This document shows, in pieces, positions 40,001 through 48,459 of a DNA stretch of 64,000 nt. The stretch spans positions 24,428,001-24,492,000 of the forward strand of contig OZ365112.1 of the NCBI GenBank assembly GCA_977030845.1, written 5' to 3'. The stretch comes from Fimbriosthenelais zetlandica. Taxonomy: Eukaryota. Below the pieces are notes generated by a model, which saw only the letters and a program-made list of their open reading frames with translations, was not told the origin of the DNA and searched no databases. Position numbers and translations under genes: made by a program. Position 1 is the stretch's first letter, and each line of letters begins with the position of its first letter.

Positions 40001-43000
40001 TTGAGGTGCATGAGAAGTGGATGGTATATATTATAGAGGTATAGGTTAGAGTTGGGAGGTAACGTCTCTATTTTTCACCCTGTGAATATAAATGATAGAG
40101 ATGATGGGGTGAGAGTTAGTGAGATTCTGACAGTTGACAGTTCTGTGATGGAGGATGCGCTTGTCATCTCACAAATACAGCCGTCACAACTATGATATAA
40201 GTGATTCACCTGCTGCTGTCAGCACAGACAAGTCATGTTCAATTCATAAGGCGGCCTTTATAAGATTGTGTGGGTGGCCTGGAGAAAGGTAGGGCGAGAG
40301 AGGGGGTGAGGGGAGAGAGAGGGGGGGGGGGAGGGGAGAGAGAGAGGGTTTGAGGGAGCGAAGAGAGAGGGGAGAGAAGAGAGAGGGGAGAGAAAGATAC
40401 TGAGATATACTGGGAGTGAGAGAGGGAGAGAGGGGGCTAGAGAAATGCGAAATGGGAAAAGGTGCAATAATAACGTATTTAAAATCGTTTTTTTCCTTTT
40501 GGTGTAGAGGCAATCAAATGTGAACTGAAATTAGTGCCCATCTTGCAAATTGCTGAATCACATTTCTCACACTGACCCATAGGAGGGAACAAATCATGAA
40601 AGGTAACACTAAATCAGAGATCATTCAGTTAACTGTAAATTGCCACTGACATCTAATAGGGAGTGCTAATCTAATCTGAAACTGTGTGGAAACCATCTTT
40701 TAACACGAGATTGAGATCTGGTTACTGGAGGATGCATAATACACGAGGAGGGAACCAATGGGAATCGAGGAAAATCCACGTCCCGGACCGGGGCAGGGCT
40801 GACTTCCGGCCAGAGAGGTTAGAGGGTGAGAGGGTTTGTGGTGGTGATTTATCCTCTCCCCCATCCCCCTCCTGGTGCTCACACTGGAGAAGGATCAGTA
40901 CACACCAGGTGGCAACTGTCTGAGTCCATCTCACCTCGAGAGAACCCATCAAAAACAGCCCCGCTTTATAAAGAAAATTGCTATCGACTAAAACATCCAG
41001 GCCAACTTGTCAGCAGGGTTTTATTCACAGATTTCCCCAAGGTGTACTACTAATAGAATTTTTCTTTATCACCTCTTTGCTTGGTTGCTCATTGGTTTTT
41101 TTTCCACAGGGGGCAGGAAAAAATAGGTTAACTTTTCCTCCAGTCGAAAGGAGAGAGATTGCAACAAATGGGGAATATATTGGAATCCTTCCAAATATGC
41201 AAGATAAATGATTTATTTTGTAAATCATTTTTGACGCATAAAGGAAAACAAATTGGTAGCATGGAGAATATTTTTGAAAGTTTTTCTTTGAAATCTTCAA
41301 GGAACACATTTATATATATCTTCCATTTTCATAATTCTATGGGACAATTAGCCAGAGCGCAATGCGTTCCTGGGCAAGAAATAAATCAATCCCATTAAGA
41401 GGGTATAGGGTGTGGGTTGGGGACCTGAGAGGACATGTAGTGGGGATTTATGAGGCAGCTGGGGGTGTAACTAGACCAGGTTTTCTCTACACCCGCCACC
41501 ATCATCCAGGTGTGGACCAGTGAGGCGACCAATGATCAGCTGATGGCGCGACCTTCTGGTGGCCACGAGCCTGGACGACTATCAAAAGCCAGCCCTTATC
41601 TATACTCTGTGACATGGTGTATTCACAATTAATCACAACAGAGTATAGTAGTGAGACTCATATTGGTCCATGGGTTCTCACTTCATATTGTGTATATGAA
41701 ATATACATTGTATCTAACGAAGTTATTATTATTATTTTTAGATAAAATGATAATAATGTGTTTAATTTTTAAAACTATGATACACATGCAGGTAACCGTA
41801 GTTTTGAAGCGCTGGATCCAGACCCTTGTTTAGTTGAATTAATGCTGAGATCCAGACACTTTTTGACGGGTTCACAGGCCGTTTGGTTTGAAAATGTTAG
41901 ATCAATAAATGTTATATGGACACATGTTGGTAAAGGGTAAATATCAGAAGTGCAGCTGGCTGGCTCACTGACTATCAGCACAGAGGATATATACAGGCCT
42001 GGTTTTCCCCTATACGCCTATCAATATATGAATGGGCGTGGTAGGTTCTCAGCCAACCCCCACCCACACACACACGTCAGACCAGTCACTTTTATAACCT
42101 ATGTCAGTGTGTCTTATATTTACAAGTCATAAAGGGTTTCTAGGATTTCACACATCAAAACTGCTGAATTGTCAAAACACAGAACCCATAAATCTTGGTG
42201 AATTGTGAAGTCCAATATATAAACGCAGTACTTTCCATGAGAGAAAAATCCCAGGTTTACTATTAATTCATAATCTATACAGATTAATATTACTACAACG
42301 ATAATGTAGAATTCATTTTGCCATATGTTTGTATTGAATTGTTAGGCAGTAGTGATGTGAATAAGGATTGTTTCTATCATGAGCAGCTCTAACACATATC
42401 GTAATAATCTGAGGAGATCAGATAAAGTTTAGAGTGAGTGATATTTTTTTGCCTCCAGCCATCATAACCACGCCCTCCAAGACACGGGAGGCAGAGATCA
42501 TGGCGGGCGAATATTTATTTTGTCTTCCTGGTGGTGGCAAAAACTGGAAAGAGGCCAGATTCTCAACCCGTTTGTAAGAAACAACTGGGTGGTGGTATAG
42601 TGGTGCTTCTGGTGGTGGTGGGTGGGGGGGGGGGGGGGGGGGTGATGGCCACCTATCTTTCCTTATCCTTTTCTCACTGGATCTTGGAACTCCAGGGAGT
42701 CTCCAGGGAGTCTCTATTGTGTTTGACTTGAGGGCAACCTTCAGCACAGACACTGGGTGGGCTTCTCATAAAATTGATCTATTTTGCAATAAAAAAAGAG
42801 AAGGGCCAAACCTCGATTATCCATTCTTAGAATAGGAGGCCTACATACATGTGTTTTCGCAGTTGTTGACAAAATATACAGTGCCCTTATAGATTGAAAT
42901 TCGTAAATATTGATGAGAAAACACCAAGAATGATGATATTTTTTGGGGGAGGATTGAATCAATCAAACGCTAAACAAAACTGCAAAATGAACTTTGACAT

Positions 43001-46000
43001 CATTATGCATCCCATGTTACACTTTCGTCTATTATATGGTACTTTATATGGCCTCACATTCTCATATATCTCAAGAAGTTTTACATGGAGGGAAGAATAG
43101 TCTCTTAGCAGTTGAAATAGATTAATCAAGTGAAAACAGCGTGGGAGATACTTTGTTACAGAGCATCTGCATTTAAGGGCTTGGTGGTCTATTTTTGGTT
43201 GACAGGTCCCTAACCTTTGGTCTGGGTGGATGGCCCCATCCAAGAGGCTGTGACTGGATCCTAACATAGGACAATATGGTGGTAACCTCACCCACCCCTT
43301 CTAAATAAACCAGATGGCCCCTCCAGGGGAAAAACCACTATTGTTCGTGAGTGGGAGGACATGACAGATATTTGGGTCGTTCAACCAGGGAGGAACTTCC
43401 AAAAATTGCAGCAAGTTGAACTGTCAAGTGCGGTGCATTCCAATGAGACCTTCACAAAACTATGTATGGAAGCTGTGGTAAAATAAAGATCCACCCTCCT
43501 TACTGAGTTAATATTATTTTACATGCTATCTACATCATGTCAGTGAGTGGTGGGATGGGTTAGAGTAGGGGAGATGGGAGGGGGTGTTAGAGATCGTAAT
43601 ACAATGCTCAGTGTTGGGGGATGATCATCGGCTGATACATATGAAGTTGTCAGGGGAGAGATGCTTCCCAGAACTGTCTCCTCCCTCCTTCCACTATCCC
43701 TTACTCCCTTCTCATCTCCCCTGGGGAGCTTGATAACGTCAGGCTATAGACCAGCCTGGATACATCTCACACCAGTGTCAGTGTCAATTCTAATCATTTA
43801 GACAACTGCTAAAGATCGAAAGTAGAGATTATATGGATGTCACTAGTAGATGGCCACAGTTTAGCATTAACCAACATAATTATTATTATCTAATATCTTG
43901 GAACTGTTCAATAGCTCAAAATTTCCTATAAATTCTAAGACAATCTGGGGGAAATTACTAAGGGTTTTCGCCATGGAATATAGGCAAGACTTATAGATAG
44001 TGGAGCCGGATGATGACAAGTAGATAGGCGATCAAGCTGCCATCTAGTGCACAGGTCTCGTATGACAGCATGTTGGCAGGTCTCCCATCCTCACCACCTT
44101 GGCTCACGTCCACCATTTCCTGACCTCCATTATTATCTTTCTCTCTCCCAACAGCAACACTTTATTATACTCTCTGTCACCCTTGGTTCACACCAGAGGT
44201 TCACCGGTTCAGTATACTATTAGCTAGCTTTTAATGTAAAGTACTGAACATAGATTGGGTTAGAGTATAACGTACTGCCATCAAGCATTGCACCAAGGAC
44301 AATCACCCCAACAGCCCTTCATCTTCCAAGCACGACCAGTTCTAATATCATGGGGGCTTCTGAGAATAATCACCGGGAAAATAAAGTATTTTTCCATTCT
44401 AATCTCTATGACTGAAACCTGATCGAGAATCGTTCCATCTTTCATTATGATAAACAGGTGATTAAGTTCTAACAGGCAATGGTACCATTTGGAAATACAT
44501 ATTGGCAACCAAACACTTCCTGCGATCATGCGCCTACTCTTAAGAAAATATATTTAAATTAAATTTTCCCATATAACAAAGTTACACGTCAGCAGAAAAT
44601 TGATTACAATTTCAACGATATATTAGATCCAGATGCCCCCAAAAGACATTAAAAAATGTCAACACAAAAGTAACAAATCAAAATGTACATACTCATCTTA
44701 CAAAAGCTGGACTTGGATACATCCACGGTCCACATTCAAATGAGGTTAAGTTTCTCTGTATATATAGGTTACGGCCTTTGTCACTGGAGTACTACAAGTT
44801 GTCAACAAACACAAAGGCACGGACCTTTCCAACAAATAATAAAGAGAATCGGACCGTGCAAAGATCCAAATCCATAGAATTGGTTTATTCCGTTTATGAA
44901 ATCTTCCTCAATTTATGAAGATCCAAAAGTGTCCACTGGGGTATGAAATGGTGGAGTTTTTTAAATCTTGGTAAACTCTCATGTAGTAATGCCTCACTTT
45001 ATATCTGAGGATGCACCTGGGTTTCCTTCTCTGTTGTACACTCCAAACAATGAATTAAGTTGAGGAAATGAAGCCATGAAGTTTCCGCCCATGGATACAG
45101 TATTACGACCACGTATTATAATGTGTAGTAATGCAGGTATCAGTCAGTCAGGGACTTATAGCACCAGTTAGAGCTGGGCATCTTCATTGTGAAACACTCC
45201 CCTATAATGCACCAGTACAATAGCTTTACATTATGCAATGGGGCTCAATGGCAAGCCATGGCAGCGACTTGGCACTACATGAGCTGTATAAAGCTGATGA
45301 GAGGCAATGTGAAACTACACTATACTCTGTGACAACTTGCTGCTTAAGCTTGTCTTCACAAATTGAACCTTTTCACAAGCACATTTTGGCACATACTATA
45401 AACGATTAAGTCTAGAATATACCTACTTATTTTACTCTAAATTAAAGGCATGATATTTGGCATAATAGGGAATGCACTGGGAACCGTTTATATGACTATT
45501 AATCTTGATCTCCCACGTAAGGTGGCTAAGTGCATGAATGTGCTAGGACTCGTACATTATCAATATGACATAAACGTCATTTAAATATCCCATATATTGG
45601 ATATAGATTGTCCAGTATATTCACTGCATCCAGGCAGGCAGTTTAGATCTGGAGGTACTGCCATTAGAGGCAGATTACCCAGGTGAAAAGACATCAAACG
45701 GGGCTGGCACAATATAGATAACACTATCATCAATCCCACTGTCAAAGGTTTTATACTGGATGGAGAAAAGGCTGGCGTATAATGCCAAAGTCTACCACTG
45801 CCTGCTCCTGTTCAGAGGTACTCCAAGCAGTCATGAGATCTAACCTTCCTATAGTATTAAATGAAAGGTTTCATAAAGATGATTCATAATAATCTTACCC
45901 CAAAGTAAAGAAAGATGTCTTGAAAAATGCAATTGGTACCTCGGTTTTTGCCCCAAAATTTATAAAGCACTAAGGACACAGCCACACGTATCAAAAAGGA

Positions 46001-47493
46001 CAGATGCTTACCTCAGTAGTAGGAGAAGTGAGTAGGTTAAATTGAACAAAACCCCCAACCAGACCAAATGTAGTTTAAGTCTGGCTTTTTACCAGTTTAA
46101 TACTCGTGACTCCCAGACCAGCCCCCACCCCCATAGACACACCCCCACCAGGCATGTCCTTACCTATAACTGGCCAGCCAGACACTGGTCTGCTGCAATA
46201 TAATGGGGGTGGGGGCTTTGTGTTGGGTATGGGGAGGGTCGGGGAGGGGGTAATAATTCTTCACAAAGAAGGACCAACGTAAATAATATACACCTTTCCT
46301 GACGAAGGCAATTTAGGTAAGACAACACCTGCCTTTTGTGTCATGCCATGAATAAGTCTGTATACAAATATTAATGGCCTTTTGAGCTTTTTTATCCCAA
46401 AGTACTAATTATACAGTCGTGCATTGTTCTACTTGAAAGATAACATGAGAGGTCTACCAATTGATGGAATATTGAACATAGTCAAGCAGAAAGGCTTGAG
46501 CATGTTGAGTAGAATGTGACCAAGCTGTAGCATGAGAGATTGGATGATGGCATTGACATGATGTTCACCACTTATATAACATTAAACGCCAGCATGGGAG
46601 ATAAATGAGAGAAGGTAGAGAGACACTGAGTGTCCTCACAACTTCCCGGAAGTGGCTCGTTTATACACCAGTACCCGGATGAGGGGAGAATGATATCCAC
46701 GGTAACTCAGAGATCCGTTAACCTGACTCCCCCCGCCCCCCAAACCCGCTCTCACCTCCCCCCACCCAGCCCCGAGAACCATCTCAGGACAGGATGCTCG
46801 GAGAAATGGACGCCATTTCTTGTGTGTTTTTGTTGTGTTTCTGAGACACAGGATCTAATGAATGAACGGCGCAGATCGAGAAGGAAGCTCTGCTGGATCA
46901 CTTTGGGTAGGAAACCTTGAAGACAGGAGACAAAAATCTCAGACTTAATTTAGCAACATTAGACGATGGAAATGTGCTACCACATTAGTCAATGATACCA
47001 ATATCAAGTCACTATTAAAGGTACAGTCTCGTGAAAAGTTTCAAAACATTTCACAGCTTAAAAATACCTTCAATGAAATGATGAACAAATTGTGAGTGTT
47101 GACAGTTGTTTTTTCACCACTAATGGATGTATTCTGGGTATATTAGTCACGGTCGGGGGAGTGTAGAAGTACCTCTAATGATAGGTTACCTTACCGGTCA
47201 CTACAATGCTTGTACATGGATCAAAGATACCTGCGTCAAAAAGGCGCACCTAGCCTGTAGACAGAGGAGCATCCTCCCCTTGTGTTCGGTACACCAGCCG
47301 GAGGGCACGTTGGAGAGATTTTCCTTCACGCCTACCACTCTGTCCCTTCAAAGGGTCGAGGGGTAAAGGAAAAACTGAAATAAAAAGACAAGTTCAAGTG
47401 GAAAGGCCACCATGACATCATACTGACCTGGGGGAAGGGCGGGTGGTGACGTCACGACGTCCTCGTCAGAATCTGACGTAAGAGATTGTGGGT
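1014..47493 (-). CDS. DLG5: Disks large homolog 5 (MAGUK scaffold), multi-exon, partial at both ends: join(complement 47428-47493,15511-17091,11089-11441,10129-10256,9840-10015,9323-9426,7667-9204,6952-7273,6558-6774,6326-6404,5880-6042,5514-5616,3551-3716,3339-3359,2227-2528,1870-2086,1514-1719,1014-1055)
   Basis: Domain order is coiled-coil, 4 PDZ, SH3, GuK linker. DLG5-typical motifs are present: RDWAFSERDKIVLERESIKTLCDELRRERDRAV, SRDSAIDADLQEWETE, LGFDLVGGKDDPQYPNDNSIF, AARRSFFRRKK. Every junction is GT..AG and intron phases chain without a frameshift (checked by hand). Confidence 0.95.
1514..1719 (-). CDS. DLG5: DLG5 exon, 206 nt, SH3-GuK (HOOK) linker
   Basis: MEDELAQKRSMSD...ARRSFFRRKK...ELNSFSDASINSDSIPYLD. 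Acceptor CTGTTTTTCAG, donor ATG|GTGAGT, phase 2-1. Confidence 0.93.
1870..2086 (-). CDS. DLG5: DLG5 exon, 217 nt, SH3 domain
   Basis: GDAIYARALCDHEGELDGELHFKKDDILFVDNT...WRAW...GTIPSK. Acceptor TTGTTCACAG, donor AAG|GTTGGT, phase 1-2. Confidence 0.96.
2227..2528 (-). CDS. DLG5: DLG5 exon, 302 nt, PDZ4
   Basis: EPRFVFLKRKSPQEPLGIRLVGGNAVGIFV...GDQILEFNGVNLRNATAEQA. Acceptor TTCATTTGCAG, donor CCA|GTAAGT, phase 2-1. Confidence 0.96.
3339..3359 (-). CDS. DLG5: Putative 21-nt DLG5 microexon (S-YSSLND-F)
   Basis: GTCTTCTGTATCTCACAG|TTACTCGAGCCTCAACGATTT|GTAAGT. Frame-preserving, phase 2-2, no stop codon. Confidence 0.6.
3551..3716 (-). CDS. DLG5: DLG5 exon, 166 nt, PDZ3-PDZ4 linker (missed by the ORF track)
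   Basis: YKEEESSDEPSSPDSSANNTPQTSR...SMSPSH. Acceptor TTTCCCTACTTCAG, donor CAG|GTAAGA, phase 1-2. Confidence 0.88.
4110..5255. repeat. Complex TTC-rich tandem array (units of about 14-19 bp, e.g. CTTCAGTAACTTCTTT); GAA-rich on the DLG5 sense strand
   Basis: Directly visible reiteration of TCTTCAGTA(A/T)CTTCT variants over about 1.1 kb. Boundaries are approximate. Confidence 0.95.
5514..5616 (-). CDS. DLG5: DLG5 exon, 103 nt, PDZ3 end
   Basis: VCGINMRTAPYKLAASVLRQCRDSITMLVQYNPE. Acceptor TTGTTCCCCTGCAG, donor AAA|GTGAGT, phase 0-1. Confidence 0.95.
5880..6042 (-). CDS. DLG5: DLG5 exon, 163 nt, PDZ3 first part
   Basis: PRVGETRYIHVEKSQGPLGIQIDPSSTGGIFVSSVSENSLAANAGIEVGDQLLE. Acceptor AATGTTTAG, donor GAG|GTGAGT, phase 2-0. 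Confidence 0.95.
6326..6404 (-). CDS. DLG5: DLG5 exon, 79 nt, (G)SDRGSPIPPFMPNQSNSLPATMRHK
   Basis: Acceptor TTTGCCCTTCAG, donor AAT|GTGAGC, phase 1-2. It bridges the 6558 donor to the PDZ3 exon in frame, and GSDRGS resembles vertebrate GSERGS. Confidence 0.75.
6558..6774 (-). CDS. DLG5: DLG5 exon, 217 nt, linker (alternative donor possible at 6542)
   Basis: SSSFNQSSQTLSDDFPTYQR...SSIEK. Acceptor TTTTGCTTTACAG, donor AAG|GTGAAT (phase 1) or ATG|GTAAAC at 6542 (phase 2). Confidence 0.8.
6952..7273 (-). CDS. DLG5: DLG5 exon, 322 nt, Ser/Pro-rich linker
   Basis: SIGHRSVDGSFSLYRGR...TPSPSPSQQ. Acceptor GCTCCCTTAG, donor CAG|GTAGTT, phase 2-0. Confidence 0.88.
7667..9204 (-). CDS. DLG5: DLG5 exon, 1538 nt, end of PDZ2 plus Ser/Pro-rich linker
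   Basis: Core of ORF 7663-9279 (VNGQSVENLSV...NGGTWPKCR...). Acceptor TGTTTTCAG, donor AGG|GTAAGT, phase 0-2. Confidence 0.93.
9323..9426 (-). CDS. DLG5: DLG5 exon, 104 nt, PDZ2 first half
   Basis: LGISIESGLYISRILPGSVAAKEGNLAVGDRILN. Acceptor CCTTCATTTTCAG, donor AAT|GTAAGT, phase 1-0. Confidence 0.95.
9840..10015 (-). CDS. DLG5: DLG5 exon, 176 nt, PDZ1 second half
   Basis: MNDQLIRINNVDVTNVAKTMALQAAKSGGSVINMVVRRRK. Acceptor TTGTTTGTGCAG, donor GAG|GTAAAT, phase 2-1. Confidence 0.93.
10129..10256 (-). CDS. DLG5: DLG5 exon, 128 nt, PDZ1 first half (missed by the ORF track)
   Basis: GPVTKDDLGFDLVGGKDDPQYPNDNSIFISNINKNGTAHGKL. Acceptor CCTTCTCCAG, donor TAA|GTGAGT, phase 0-2. Confidence 0.93.
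10682..10783. mobile_element. MITE-like 102-bp element with imperfect terminal inverted repeats
   Basis: GTCTAATCAATCATGAATG ... CATTCATTGATTAGAC flank a GC-rich core inside an AT-rich intron. No clear target-site duplication. Confidence 0.4.
11089..11441 (-). CDS. DLG5: DLG5 exon, 353 nt, end of coiled-coil
   Basis: DALAEAETSKRNRDWAFSERDKIVLERE...SRDSAIDADLQEWETETLELDL. Acceptor GGTTTATAG, donor CTG|GTGAGT, phase 1-0. Confidence 0.95.
11522..12297. repeat. 43-bp minisatellite (AGTAGTCCTTACAGGGCCAGCAGTTACCTAAAACAGAAAAAAT), about 18 copies
   Basis: Period 43 seen directly (12001, 12044, 12087...). About seven near-identical copies at 12001-12297 and diverged copies at 11522-12000. Confidence 0.95.
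12388..13564. repeat. Complex TCT/TTC-rich tandem array (e.g. TTCTTCTCGGTTCCTCTTCTATCTTCTGTC); GAA-rich on the DLG5 sense strand
   Basis: About 1.2 kb of nearly pure pyrimidine on the + strand with the recurring CTCGGTTCCTCTTC unit. It explains the spurious 395-aa and 368-aa ORFs. Confidence 0.95.
15511..17091 (-). CDS. DLG5: DLG5 exon, 1581 nt, coiled-coil region
   Basis: Core of ORF 15464-17179. Acceptor TTTATTTTTTCAG, donor ATG|GTGAGT, phase 1-1. Heptad-rich sequence including DYDRLQSKCDLVGKELQSLRQQH. Confidence 0.93.
20982..21200 (-). promoter_or_regulatory. Candidate internal promoter and short first exon (module A)
   Basis: On the - strand: TGACGTCA (21187-21194), GACGTC, TGACGCA, TATATGAA (21031-21038), a CA initiator about 33 nt further, then the donor CAG|GTGAGC. 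Motif inference only. Confidence 0.3.
24529..24708. repeat. Diverged tandem duplication, period about 91 bp
   Basis: AAGTGGTGAGAGAT...GGTGCATAAAGAAGGTACAG.GGTACAGAC.ATGC.GGGACTCCTGG occurs twice. Confidence 0.85.
25033..25112. repeat. Perfect 40-bp tandem duplication
   Basis: GGTCCAACGCTGTAACATAAGCTCTGTAATACAAGAAAAA x2. Confidence 0.95.
25369..25810 (-). promoter_or_regulatory. Candidate internal promoter and coding alternative first exon (module B)
   Basis: GTGACGTG/CRE-like sites, TATAAGTA (25758-25765), ATG in good Kozak context (GACATGG, 25513), 145 coding nt and a phase-1 donor CAG|GTAAGA. Confidence 0.35.
38121..38339. mobile_element. MITE-like 219-bp element
   Basis: Perfect 13-bp inverted repeat AAGGTTCAAGTTT/AAACTTGAACCTT plus an internal TGAAAAA/TTTTTCA pair. 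No clear target-site duplication. Confidence 0.4.
39330..39390. repeat. 20-bp tandem repeat x3
   Basis: GATTTGGGCCTTACATATAT x2 plus GATCAGGGCCTTACATATAT. Confidence 0.9.
40291..40445. repeat. GA-rich purine tract with a poly-G run
   Basis: Low-complexity (GA)n/Gn sequence on the + strand. A separate run of about 19 G lies at 42624-42642. Confidence 0.85.
46641..46820. promoter_or_regulatory. Motif cluster: STAT/ETS palindrome, GC box, YY1-like palindrome
   Basis: ACTTCCCGGAAGT (46641-46653), CCCCGCCCC (about 46730-46740), AGAAATGGACGCCATTTCT (46802-46820). Confidence 0.25.
47428..47493 (-). CDS. DLG5: DLG5 exon, 66 nt, (D)PQSLTSDSDEDVVTSPPALPP
   Basis: Acceptor TTTCTCTCTTTTTTATTTCCAG, donor CAG|GTCAGT, phase 1-1, joins the 17091 acceptor in frame. 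The peptide resembles the SDS..SPPPL linker that follows the CARD in vertebrate DLG5 (recalled, not aligned). Confidence 0.7.
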
Positions 47494-47512
47494 CTGGAAA
47501 TAAAAAAGAGAG

Positions 47513-47713
47513 AAATGAATAAATGATAAATGAATGAATGAATGAATGAAAGAACGAACGAACGAACGAATGAATAAATGAATGAAGGAACGAACGAATA
47601 AATGAATGAAGGAACGAACGAATAAATGAATGAAGGAATGAACGAACGAACAAATGAATGAATGAACGAACGAATGAATAAATGAAAGACTGAACGAACA
47701 AACGAACGAATGA
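47513..47713. repeat. (GAAT/GAAC)n tetranucleotide microsatellite
   Basis: AATGAATGAATG/AACGAACGAACG runs directly abutting the acceptor of the 66-nt exon. Confidence 0.95.
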
Positions 47714-48411
47714 AACCGATAAAAATCTATTTTGAGATAAACAATTAGATTTTGCTGAATCGTCGAAATTATTAAGAAGTGACATCTGGACTTTGAGGTG
47801 AGCAACTGGTACATTTTATTTGCTTGTACACGAAGGTGGTACTGGAAAGAAAACGGCACAGATGTGAGGAAAAAGACAATGGAGGGATTTATAGTACCCG
47901 AGAGGTCATAAAGCGATCATATATCCCATGTCAAGTCTGTATCTAAGGTCCAACAGCTGCAGCCTATCTACTACACCATTATATTATTCATACAAGATCT
48001 ATACAGTAGATTCCCTATACCTATAATCCCTATAATATTTGTACCATCAATTTTACATAGAAAAACACAAAACAATGTTTTGAAAATCATGAAATTTCAT
48101 CAGAGAGCAATATTGATAAACCAAGCAATATCATAAAATTTTATAATCCAGGAAGTTTGAATTGAATATACATAATTATTTATTGCTTCCGTACATATAT
48201 AGAAAGGCTTATAATTATTTGAATTGATGAAATAAAAGTCATCTGTAATGAGTGTATGTATTAAAAACCTTCAAACAACATGTGAGTCATCTAGGCCAGG
48301 AGGTCGTATAAAACAGTGATTCGTTTAAGTACAGAGATCAAATTATACAACAGTGAGAACCACGACTCAGTGATAACATGGAGAGAGTCACAATCATTCT
48401 GTCAACATCAC

Positions 48412-48459
48412 CAGGCTGTCAACTCATAACAATAACAGGCTGTCAACTCAAAACAATAA
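48412..48459. repeat. 24-bp tandem duplication
   Basis: CAGGCTGTCAACTCA(T/A)AACAATAA x2. Confidence 0.9.

Noticed and set aside
47348-47859. 145-aa and 135-aa ORFs as whole genes
   Set aside because: They mostly translate the (TTCA/TTCG)n repeat. Only the 66 nt at 47428-47493 has splice sites.
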